The notes below the pieces were generated by a model. The model was not told where the DNA came from, did no database searches, and saw only the letters and a list, made by a program, of their open reading frames with translations. A stretch of 64,000 nucleotides of DNA, filler included, from a bacterium (GTDB taxonomy: Bacteria; JAMORN01): assembly GCA_027063545.1 (NCBI GenBank). It is 15 parts of 15 records of this genome, joined end to end, with 100 filler letters (N's around TTAATTAATTAA, not from the genome) between each part and the next. Parts side by side here need not be neighbours in the genome. Positions count along the whole stretch, not along the records: positions 10,237 to 13,516 come from JAMORN010000280.1; positions 13,617 to 31,759 come from JAMORN010000281.1; 13 more parts are not named here. One strand, 5' to 3'. Below, in pieces: positions 11,162-19,516 of this stretch. Made by a program: the position numbers and the translations under genes. Position 1 is the first letter of the stretch. Every line of letters begins with the position of its first letter.

Positions 11162-12715
11162 TTACTTAATTTTTCCTATTGATCTTTCATAATCCTTCTT
11201 ATTTGTCATAAATTGAGATAATTTATCAAAATATTCTGTATTTGCTTTTACATAATCTAAATAAGCTTGTAAATACTCTCTAATAGTAATAGTGCCTTCC
11301 TTAAATTCTAATTTAGCATACTCTAAAGCTAATTTTGTTTCTTCTACATTTTTTTGGGCTGTTTCTAAAACTTTTAATGACTCTATAAGCTTATCATGCT
11401 TCTTTTTTATATCAAGAACCATATAATCTATAATTTCTTTTTTTTCCTCTTCCAACGAATTAATCCTAGAATTTACACTACTAACATTAAAAAAACGATC
11501 TCCACTAGAAAAAATTTCCCATGTCAAATTAATACCAATACTTTTTATTATAGTATTTTCTTTTTTCATATCAAAAAACTCTTGGGAACTATTAGGATCA
11601 AGTGGAGATTCCGCCCATACATTTGTTAAAATATCTTGTTTTAAACTATCATTTTGAGAAATTGTTATATCCATATCATTATCAGGCGTATATATTAAAG
11701 ATGCAGTTAAATTTATATTTGGTAAAAATCTTGACAATGCAATATTTCTTTGTTTTTTAAGAAGCTCAATATTATTCTCTATTAATTTTACTTCTTCTCT
11801 TTGCTTTGCTATATCTACAATATTCTCAGGAAGTTCAATTATATTAGTATCTAAAATAATAGAAGTATCTACTTCATATACACTATCAATTGGTAATCCA
11901 ATTAATACATTCAAATAATTACGAGCTAATTTAACTCCACTTTCTGCTTTTATTTGAAATTCTTTTATTTTATTTTTTTCTATTTCTATTTTTAACACAT
12001 CAGTTTTCTTAACTAAATTTTGCTCATAAAGATTATTTAGATCATATAATATAGTGTCTAATACCCTTTCTGCTTCTAATGTAAAATTATAATATTTTAT
12101 TACCTTTGCTAAATTATAATACGCTTCTGTTACTTTATAAGCAATATCCTTTTTTTGTTTTTCTAACATTATTTGTGTTGTCTTTTCACTAATAGAAGCA
12201 ATTTTATATAAATTTATCAATTTAAATCCTGTAAAAATAGGTTGAGTCAACAATACAGTAACATTTTTACTTTTATCACCTATCATATTAAATTCTTGCT
12301 GAGGTAATATTAAAAATGCATTATTATAATAAGGAATAGGTTCTAAATGTGTACCTGCTGGAGCTGTTCTAGAAGCATTTGGATCTATAGGGGTAGGAAT
12401 AGTCATAATAGGCTGGCCTGTAGAATCTGAAACTAGTGTAGGAACAAACTTAATAGTAGGAATCAGAATATTATCTTCCATATTCACCCGTGGTAAATCA
12501 TAAAATTTATTATAACCAGCTTGCAGAAAAATTTTAGGAAAAAATTGAGAAATTGAACTGTATTTTAAATATTTAGCTGCTTTCTTTTGATACTCTAAAC
12601 TTTTTAGCATCCTATTATTTTTTTCAGCTAAGTCTAAGGCTTCTTCTAAAGTTAAACTATAAATTATATTCACAGTTGCTAAAAAAGTAAAAATTAAATA
12701 AAAAAATTTTCTCAT
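11162..12715 (-). CDS. TolC-family outer membrane efflux protein
   Basis: Signal peptide; LTLEEALDLAEKNN, two OEP repeats (FFPKI and FLPNI), LTQPIFTG; lies between tetR and the MFP gene. Confidence 0.9.
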   Translation of the reverse strand: MRKFFYLIFTFLATVNIIYSLTLEEALDLAEKNNRMLKSLEYQKKAAKYLKYSSISQFFPKIFLQAGYNKFYDLPRVNMEDNILIPTIKFVPTLVSDSTGQPIMTIPTPIDPNASRTAPAGTHLEPIPYYNNAFLILPQQEFNMIGDKSKNVTVLLTQPIFTGFKLINLYKIASISEKTTQIMLEKQKKDIAYKVTEAYYNLAKVIKYYNFTLEAERVLDTILYDLNNLYEQNLVKKTDVLKIEIEKNKIKEFQIKAESGVKLARNYLNVLIGLPIDSVYEVDTSIILDTNIIELPENIVDIAKQREEVKLIENNIELLKKQRNIALSRFLPNINLTASLIYTPDNDMDITISQNDSLKQDILTNVWAESPLDPNSSQEFFDMKKENTIIKSIGINLTWEIFSSGDRFFNVSSVNSRINSLEEEKKEIIDYMVLDIKKKHDKLIESLKVLETAQKNVEETKLALEYAKLEFKEGTITIREYLQAYLDYVKANTEYFDKLSQFMTNKKDYERSIGKIK

Positions 12716-13368
12716 TTTTTATCTCCTTTTTCCTTTATTCCATTTAATAAAATATCTATCATCATACTATAATAAACTTCCATAGGTTCATTTTCTTTAT
12801 CCTTTAAAAAATGATATATTAACTCATCGTTGTAAAAAAATATAACCCCATGTAAAGCTGTAAAAAACAATGTCCCTATTTTTGTATATTCTAACTCTTT
12901 TTTATATATACCTTTATTTATTCCTTCTTTTATCACTATAATAAACCTCTCTTTTCCCTTCCTTGTTAATTTATCTATCTCACTTTTTATCTCATCAGAT
13001 AGTTTTTCTTGAAATTCTTTTCTTGATAGCGATCCAATCATACTTATTATTTCAGGATATTTTTTATAAAGATCTAATACCATATAAGCCATCTTTTTTA
13101 TTTTATCATCTGGACAAATATTTTTATTTATTATATCATCTTCAGGTTCAATAAGCGCTTCTCTATATATTTTTAAAAGTATAGAAGCATAGAGATCTTC
13201 TTTTGTTTTAAAATGCAAATATAAAAGTCCCTTTGAAAAACCTGATAAATCAGCAATATCCTGCATTTTTGTTTTCTTAAAACCATTTTTTGAAAAAACT
13301 TCTATTGCTTTAGATATTATTATTTCTTTCTGTCTATTTTTTTCTTCCTGTTTCCATTCTCTAGCCAT
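12712..13368 (-). CDS. TetR/AcrR family transcriptional regulator
   Basis: HTH AIEVFSKNGFKKTKMQDIADLSGFSKGLLYLHFKTKEDL. Confidence 0.95.
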   Translation of the reverse strand: MAREWKQEEKNRQKEIIISKAIEVFSKNGFKKTKMQDIADLSGFSKGLLYLHFKTKEDLYASILLKIYREALIEPEDDIINKNICPDDKIKKMAYMVLDLYKKYPEIISMIGSLSRKEFQEKLSDEIKSEIDKLTRKGKERFIIVIKEGINKGIYKKELEYTKIGTLFFTALHGVIFFYNDELIYHFLKDKENEPMEVYYSMMIDILLNGIKEKGDKK

Positions 13369-13400
13369 TTTTTATTTTTCCCTTAACTATTTTCCAACTT

Positions 13401-13454
13401 TTGACTATTAGTCATTTTTTCCCTTATGGTCATTTTTTGACCTTTAGTCAATAT
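13401..13454. promoter_or_regulatory. Three tandem 18-bp units each with a TGAC-N5-GTCA-type palindrome (putative TetR operators)
   Basis: TTGACTATTAGTCATTTT / TTCCCTTATGGTCATTTT / TTGACCTTTAGTCAATAT; cores start at 13402, 13420 and 13438; lies between the promoter and the tetR ATG. Confidence 0.75.
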
Positions 13455-13457
13455 TCT

Positions 13458-13486
13458 AATATAGAAAAAAAATATTTTTTTGTCAA
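13458..13486 (-). promoter_or_regulatory. Sigma70-type promoter of the tetR-tolC-MFP operon
   Basis: TTGACA (13486-13481), 17 nt spacer, TATATT (13463-13458). Confidence 0.75.
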
Positions 13487-13616
13487 ATTTTTTTAAAATT
13501 TTTTTTTAAATCTTTGNNNNNNNNNNNNNNNNNNNNNNNNNNNNNNNNNNNNNNNNNNNNTTAATTAATTAANNNNNNNNNNNNNNNNNNNNNNNNNNNN
13601 NNNNNNNNNNNNNNNN

Positions 13617-14486
13617 TATAGACATCAAAAGTTTATTTTTTTCAAAAAAGTTTTTATCCTTTTGAAGTAGTTCTATAATCTTATATAGAATTGTTTTTAG
13701 ACTTTCTATTTTATCTTTATTTAGTAATGGTGTTATTATTTCCAAATCTTCAGATAATCCCTCAAAATTTTTTAAGATAGAATCCATTTCTGATAGATAT
13801 ATAAATTCCTCAATTCTATATAACTTATCAGGTAAAGAATTTTTTACTTCAACTCTTTTGTTTTCTTCAGCCTTTAATTTATCAAAATATCCTTCTTTTT
13901 TGAGTTTTTTCCATTCTTTTATGAGTTCATCTATTTCACTTTGTTTTAAAAGTATATATCCATAGGTGTCTATTACTTCTTTATATTTTATATCTTCCAA
14001 TGAGTCTTCAATTTTATCTAAAGTATCTGTGGATTTATCCTCTTCTGTTTCAATCCCATGCTCTTTTTTATAAAAATCTAAGTCAGCTTTAATTTCATAT
14101 AGAGAAAATAGAAGATCTTTATAATTTACTTCTCCTATATCAAGAATTACCTCTTCACCAGATATTTCCATGTTTTCTAATCCAGAAAGTAAATGCTGAC
14201 CCATTTCTTTAAGTATTTCTATAGCAGATAGTAAAAAAAATTTTATACTTTTAAAATCAGGGTATTCTATAATGGTTTCCACAGAATATTTTATTGCTTC
14301 TAAGAATTCATTAAACTCTTTTATTTCAAGCTGTGTTCCTTTATCATATATATCTGAAATAATTTGATAAACTATATCCCATTTTTCATCATCTATAATT
14401 CTTTGTAGTTTATCAAAATTATCCATTATTAAATCAATAGTTTGTGTTACTATTTCTATTTTTTCCTTTTTTATTTTTATTTTCAT
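13617..14486 (-). CDS. Hypothetical protein with two His-less Hpt/CheA-P1-like helical bundles, 3'-truncated
   Basis: Residues ~10-105 follow the P1 pattern (GTQLEIKEFNEFLEAIKYSVETII, FLLSAIEILKEM..L.SG); a second copy starts at FIYLSEMDSILKNFEGLSEDL; no HTLKG. ORF solid, domain call by eye. Confidence 0.45.
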
Positions 14487-14500
14487 ATTTTTGCCCTTTT

Positions 14501-15325
14501 TTATATTATTAATAAGGTTTTGTTTTTATAATTAATTTTTTCTTGTTTTATTATTATATTTTTGTAATAATTATAAAATAATAATAAATTTTTATTATTC
14601 AAATCTTTTTCCAGAAAAATATTAAAACCTTTTTCTTTAATCTTTGAAATAAAAATTAGGGTATCTTTTTCTAATTTATAATTTAAATTTAAATAAGCTT
14701 TTAAATTTAATTTTTCTTTTTTAAAAAATGTATTAATGTTAATTTCTGTTATAAGAAAACAGCTCTTATCATTACATATGTATATATCAAAAGATATATT
14801 ATCAATAGTTAATTTCTTTTTAGTTTTTATTACATTATTAGCTGGTATAGAATAAACTTTTTTTATCTTATTAATTTTAAAAACAACATTATTTTTAAAA
14901 GAGATTAAAAGCAACTCTTTTTTATTATTTAAAACAGCATCAATAAATCCTTTTTCTATAATTAAAGCAGTATTTTCCCTTTCTATTATCAAATATGTTT
15001 CTTTATATCTATTGATATTTGCCACTTTTATTTTCTTTTTTCTATATTTTGGAAATTTTTGAGATATATTTTGTGTATTAACTAGTTCTTTTTCATCTAT
15101 ACTTATACTTTTAGATATTTTGTTTGATATATTGTTAATTTGTCCAATATATCCAATTGTAGAATTATAATATATAAATATAACATTTCCTTTACTATCA
15201 GGATTAATAATTGGAATTATTTTATTATCATAAACAAATAAGGCATTATTTAAAGAGGTTAATATAGATTCATTTTTTATATCTTTAATTCTTAATATAT
15301 CTACAAGATTAAATTTTATTTTCAT
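14501..15325 (-). CDS. Hypothetical beta-rich protein with degenerate CheW-like repeats
   Basis: LFVYDNKIIPIINP...VIFIYYNSTIGYIGQINNI and YLIIERENTALIIEKGFIDAVL resemble CheW segments RGxIIPVIDL...GLLVDxV and YLxFxLxxExYAI. Confidence 0.35.
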   Translation of the reverse strand: MKIKFNLVDILRIKDIKNESILTSLNNALFVYDNKIIPIINPDSKGNVIFIYYNSTIGYIGQINNISNKISKSISIDEKELVNTQNISQKFPKYRKKKIKVANINRYKETYLIIERENTALIIEKGFIDAVLNNKKELLLISFKNNVVFKINKIKKVYSIPANNVIKTKKKLTIDNISFDIYICNDKSCFLITEININTFFKKEKLNLKAYLNLNYKLEKDTLIFISKIKEKGFNIFLEKDLNNKNLLLFYNYYKNIIIKQEKINYKNKTLLII

Positions 15326-15329
15326 AACT

Positions 15330-16349
15330 TTATACCTCTAATAATCTTTCTTCAATGTAGTTTATAATACCATTTTTTAGAGGCAGAAATAGATTTATAT
15401 TTGCATCTACAATATGAATTTGTGATATTATTTCTCTTAAATTCACATCAATTATAGACATTTCATTATTTAATGTATCTATATAGTTAGAGATTAATGT
15501 GGTTATATTTTTTACTTGATATAATATTCCTAAAATTCCTTTTTGCTGTTTTTTATTTTGAGATATAATATATGAAAGTACAATGGTTATATTACTTAAT
15601 TTTATAGTTTCATGTTGTAGGATATCAATCTCATATTTAATTGTAGATATATAATTTGATAATGTATTTATTTTTAATTTTAAATTAGAGAATTCAGAGG
15701 ATAAATCTTTAATTTTATTTAATTCTTTGGATAATTCTTTTAAATATTCTTTAACTTTTTCTTTTAATTCTTCAAATATTTTTGCCATATTTTTTTCTTT
15801 TAGTTCATCTTTTGATGTTTTAGTATTGTTGTAAAATATTTCTATTTCTTTGATAATTATATTTATATCAGAAATCATAAATTCTAATTTATCATTAGGT
15901 TCTATTTTAAATTTTAGATTTTCTTTTAGTTTTTGTTTAATATTATCAATCTTTTTGATAGAGTTGTTTAATTTTTCTATAGAATCTAATATTTCCTTTT
16001 CAAATATTAATATAGCCTCAATATTTTCGGCATCTTCTACAGATAGATTTAAATTAAGTTTTAGGACATCTATAGATTCTTCAAACTCGGTTTTTGATAA
16101 ATCGGAAAAGTAAAAATCATTTATTTCATCTAAGCTTTGAGATAGATTGTAAAGAATCATAGAACTATTTAAGTAAAATAGATTTAAAGATTCTAAAGAA
16201 TTTTTTAAAGAGTTTAATACAGAAATAGGAGAGTAGTTTTTATTATCTTTTTCTTGCGAAAATGGAACTATATTATCTGTTTCTACAATTTCAATTTTTA
16301 TATTTTCTACTTCTTTTATTTTTTCTTGATTATTTATTTTTTTTGCCAT
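15330..16349 (-). CDS. Soluble coiled-coil protein with degenerate MCP signalling-hairpin-like segment
   Basis: Heptad-rich with no TM; IDILQHETIKLSNITIV...QKGILGILYQVKNIT parallels IxxIAEQTNLLALNAAI...GKGFAVVADEVRKLA; AGGAG RBS at 16357-16361. Confidence 0.4.
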   Translation of the reverse strand: MAKKINNQEKIKEVENIKIEIVETDNIVPFSQEKDNKNYSPISVLNSLKNSLESLNLFYLNSSMILYNLSQSLDEINDFYFSDLSKTEFEESIDVLKLNLNLSVEDAENIEAILIFEKEILDSIEKLNNSIKKIDNIKQKLKENLKFKIEPNDKLEFMISDINIIIKEIEIFYNNTKTSKDELKEKNMAKIFEELKEKVKEYLKELSKELNKIKDLSSEFSNLKLKINTLSNYISTIKYEIDILQHETIKLSNITIVLSYIISQNKKQQKGILGILYQVKNITTLISNYIDTLNNEMSIIDVNLREIISQIHIVDANINLFLPLKNGIINYIEERLLEV

Positions 16350-16364
16350 TTTTTATCTCCTTTT

Positions 16365-17522
16365 TTATTCTATTATATAGTCAGATTTTTTAATTTTTAT
16401 ATTTTTTTTATCACTTCCTATAAAAATCTTGGCTTCTACGTCTAGGCTATTTTTAAAATATATGTCTAATATTATGTTTTCTTTATTTTCTTTATGAATT
16501 GTAGTTTTCAATAAAGAATATATTTCTTGGCTTATATCTATTATAGCAAATTCTATATCTATTTTTTCGTCATTTACTTTTTCTATTTTTAGAGTTATCC
16601 TATTTTTTGTTAACTTATTTCTAGGATATTCTAGAATTTTTCTATTATTTAAAAATAACACAAAATTGAAATAATACAAATTGTTTTTTATAAAATCTTC
16701 AAATAGAGAATATTTAGGTTTTCTTAATGTTTTTAGAATAATATTGTAATTCTCAATAGTTGAAGGGATAAAGCCTATAAGAGAAAAAATATTTTTCTTA
16801 TTAAAATCACGAATCTCATTGAAAGTTTCTAGAATAATTTCAGTTATATTTATAGAAATGAAATCAAGATTATCTGATGTCGGTATGGCTATTATTTTAG
16901 ATGTTTTTTTATCAAAAAGACTATTTTCATGTAAAGAGATAAAATTATGAAATAGATATTTAAATAAAATTTTTTTAATTCTATCTTTAGATGTTAGATT
17001 TTTTTCTATTTTTTTTACAATCAACTTTTCTATTTTATCAATTATATTGATATTTTTTAGTTCTTTATTAGTGTATAAATAGATTGTTTTTCCTATACCA
17101 TCGTAAATATCAATTTTATCTATCTTTAGTTTTGATTTAGCAATGAATTCGATAAAGTCATAAAGATTAAAAATATATATATTTTTAAGAAAATTTAACT
17201 CTTTTAATATTTTTAATAAATTAGAAATAGCATTTAAAGGTATAGGTTTTAATCCTATATAAATAATATCTTTTTCATTTTTAATATAATTTTCTTTTAT
17301 ATTAAGAAAAATAGATCTAACAATACTTAATCCATCAATGGTTATATTTCTTTTTGTTATTTTTTCTTTTAGAAGAAGATAATTTATGTCTATTTCATTT
17401 TTTTCTAAGAATTCTAAAAAGAATCTTTCTTTACTATTAAAGATACTATGTATGTCTATTATTTCAAATTTATCCTTTTTACAAAGATAAATATTATTGA
17501 AATAAAACCATATATATATCAT
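16365..17522 (-). CDS. Hypothetical protein with degenerate Hsp70/DnaK-like architecture (NBD + SBD-beta)
   Basis: Colinear echoes of DnaK: IDIYDGIGKTI (VYDLGGGTF), FSLIGFIPST (ILVGGSTRIP), YPRNKL (IPRNTT), IILDIYFKNSLDVEAKIFIG (IEVTFDIDANGILHVSAKD). Confidence 0.45.
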   Translation of the reverse strand: MIYIWFYFNNIYLCKKDKFEIIDIHSIFNSKERFFLEFLEKNEIDINYLLLKEKITKRNITIDGLSIVRSIFLNIKENYIKNEKDIIYIGLKPIPLNAISNLLKILKELNFLKNIYIFNLYDFIEFIAKSKLKIDKIDIYDGIGKTIYLYTNKELKNINIIDKIEKLIVKKIEKNLTSKDRIKKILFKYLFHNFISLHENSLFDKKTSKIIAIPTSDNLDFISINITEIILETFNEIRDFNKKNIFSLIGFIPSTIENYNIILKTLRKPKYSLFEDFIKNNLYYFNFVLFLNNRKILEYPRNKLTKNRITLKIEKVNDEKIDIEFAIIDISQEIYSLLKTTIHKENKENIILDIYFKNSLDVEAKIFIGSDKKNIKIKKSDYIIE

Positions 17523-17531
17523 CTCAACTTC

Positions 17532-18308
17532 CTATTTTTTATGTTTTATTAATATCGCTAACACAACTCTTGTATAATCAAAATTTCCCAAAGAGTTTTT
17601 TTTATATTCATCTATTAATTTCCCAAAATTTGGGGCTTCAGCTAATGCTACATTATTTCTTATTGGAGGAAGTATTTTATCTTCACCAAAACTCTTTTTT
17701 AATTTTTCAAGGAAAAATTTTCCTATATTTGTTCTATGATTAAAAAATGTCGGAAGAATACCTAAAATTTCTATATCAGGATTATACTCTGTTTTTATTT
17801 CATATATAAAATCAACAACTTCTTCTACACCATTTATTGATAGAAAATTTGTTAGTGTTGGAATAATAACCTCTTTTGAAGCAACTAAAGAAAGAGTTGT
17901 TAAGAATTCTAAAGATGGGGGAGTATCTATAAAAATAAAATCAAAATTATCTATAAAATAGGAATATATAAGTTGTTTTAAAGCATAGGGATTGAAAGAG
18001 TTTGGGGTTAAATTCTTTTCATATTCTTCTAAAAATTTACCCCCACCTGTTATATACAGATATTCATTTTTTTTGAAAATTATACTATCAGAATATTTAT
18101 TAATATCAGTTAATGATTTAACAAATAAAGGAGATACATTATTTTTTGTTATTCCCAAGTGAAGTAAGGCATGTCCCTGAGGATCCATATCTATTATTAG
18201 AGTTTTATATTTCTTTTTAGAAATGAGTCCAGCAATATTTACACATGATGTAGTTTTACCACAGCCACCCTTTTTATTTGTTAAAGCAATTATCCTAATT
18301 TTTTTCAT
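17532..18308 (-). CDS. parA: ParA/Soj family ATPase
   Basis: Deviant Walker A KKGGCGKTT, IDMDPQG, Walker B IFIDTPPSL, IRNNVALAEAP. Confidence 0.95.
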   Translation of the reverse strand: MKKIRIIALTNKKGGCGKTTSCVNIAGLISKKKYKTLIIDMDPQGHALLHLGITKNNVSPLFVKSLTDINKYSDSIIFKKNEYLYITGGGKFLEEYEKNLTPNSFNPYALKQLIYSYFIDNFDFIFIDTPPSLEFLTTLSLVASKEVIIPTLTNFLSINGVEEVVDFIYEIKTEYNPDIEILGILPTFFNHRTNIGKFFLEKLKKSFGEDKILPPIRNNVALAEAPNFGKLIDEYKKNSLGNFDYTRVVLAILIKHKK

Positions 18309-18427
18309 ACTTTATCCTTTGTTTTTAATTTTCTTTTCTGCAATTTATATGCCAGATTTATATAATAGATTTTACTGAACAAATTTTTTATTTTATTATA
18401 TATAATTTTATAAAATTTTTCTACTAA

Positions 18428-18501
18428 GGCCCCATAGCTCAGGTGGATAGAGCGACGCCCTCCTAAGGCGTAGGTCGCAGGTTCAAATCCTGCTGGGGCT
18501 A
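18428..18501 (+). tRNA. tRNA-Arg(CCT); CCA not encoded
   Basis: Acceptor GGCCCCA/TGGGGCT, D arm GCTC..GAGC, anticodon arm ACGCC-CTCCTAA-GGCGT, T arm GCAGG-TTCAAAT-CCTGC. Confidence 0.96.
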
Positions 18502-19433
18502 TTTTTTTTATATAAATGAGGATTTTCAAGAAAATATAGTATTTCTAAAGAAAATATAAGAGTCATTGAAACGTAATATATCCAGGATAATATGATTATA
18601 ATAGAAGAGAGCGATCCATATACTAAGTTTAGATTTGTTATTTTTGTTATATATATAGCGTAAAGAAATTTAGCTATAGACCATAAAGTAAAGAATATTG
18701 TAGCAGCAATAAGTTGGTTTATTATTTTTACTTTTATATTTAAAAAGAATTTTATAGTAAGAATATAAAATATGAGAAAAATAGAAAATGATATATAATT
18801 TATATTAGAAAGAGTAGATATAATAAAATTAGATAATGGTAAAGTTTTTTTTAAAAATATAAATAGTTTATTTATATAAACAGATGAGTATATAAGGTTA
18901 GTAAATGTAAGATGTAAAATTTCAAATATGAAATTAGAGATAAAAATAACAAGTATTATTGAAATAACAAAAAGTGAGCTTAATAGTTGAACTTTAATTA
19001 AATGTCTATTAGGGAGATTAAATACTTTTCTATAAATTGTTTGAAGCATATTAAATATTACTCCACTAATAAACGGAAGAAAAAGTAGATTAATTAAAGT
19101 AAAGGATGTTGAAAGAGTATGGTTTATTAAATTTTTTTCTATCCACTCTTTAGTTAAAAAAGGGACAACTTCAGATAAGTTATTTATGATTAAATTAATT
19201 GTATTAGATGAACTATGTAAAAAAAGTTTAAATAGTATATTTAATACTATTATACTAAAAGTAGTAAATGGAATTATAGAAAGTAGAAAGTAATAAGATA
19301 TTGATGCAGAATAAGAAAAACCGCTATCATTTATAAATTTTAAAATAGAGTTATAAATAAGTAGGAAAGTGTTTGATAAGAAATTATACAATTTTCTTTT
19401 TATAAGAATTAATATTTTTATTTTTTTATTCAT
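18483..19433 (-). CDS. YihY / virulence factor BrkB family membrane protein
   Basis: F..D.G...SASISYYFLLSIIP and VYGSLSSIIIILSWIY motifs; likely ATG at 19433. Confidence 0.88.
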   Translation of the reverse strand: MNKKIKILILIKRKLYNFLSNTFLLIYNSILKFINDSGFSYSASISYYFLLSIIPFTTFSIIVLNILFKLFLHSSSNTINLIINNLSEVVPFLTKEWIEKNLINHTLSTSFTLINLLFLPFISGVIFNMLQTIYRKVFNLPNRHLIKVQLLSSLFVISIILVIFISNFIFEILHLTFTNLIYSSVYINKLFIFLKKTLPLSNFIISTLSNINYISFSIFLIFYILTIKFFLNIKVKIINQLIAATIFFTLWSIAKFLYAIYITKITNLNLVYGSLSSIIIILSWIYYVSMTLIFSLEILYFLENPHLYKKNSPSRI

Positions 19434-19516
19434 AAACCTTAACTTTAATAATAAAATTATTGTTAATTTCCAAAATAAAATAATATTTTTCAATAAAAAA
19501 TAACAAGAAAGATAAT

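Noticed and set aside
13401-13454. 18-bp repeats as a mini-CRISPR or iterons
   Set aside because: No spacers and no cas or rep genes; palindromic cores next to a promoter and tetR fit operators.
13368-13617. Apparent linkage of the TetR efflux operon to the ParA operon, and other cross-spacer neighbourhoods
   Set aside because: They are separated by an artificial spacer, so adjacency has no biological meaning.
17532-18308. parA as part of a chromosome/plasmid parABS or a prophage
   Set aside because: No parB, parS palindrome, integrase or phage genes are visible on this contig.
18305-18529. 74-aa ORF containing APAGFEPATYALGGRRSIHLSYGA
   Set aside because: This is the antisense translation of tRNA-Arg, a well-known spurious ORF.
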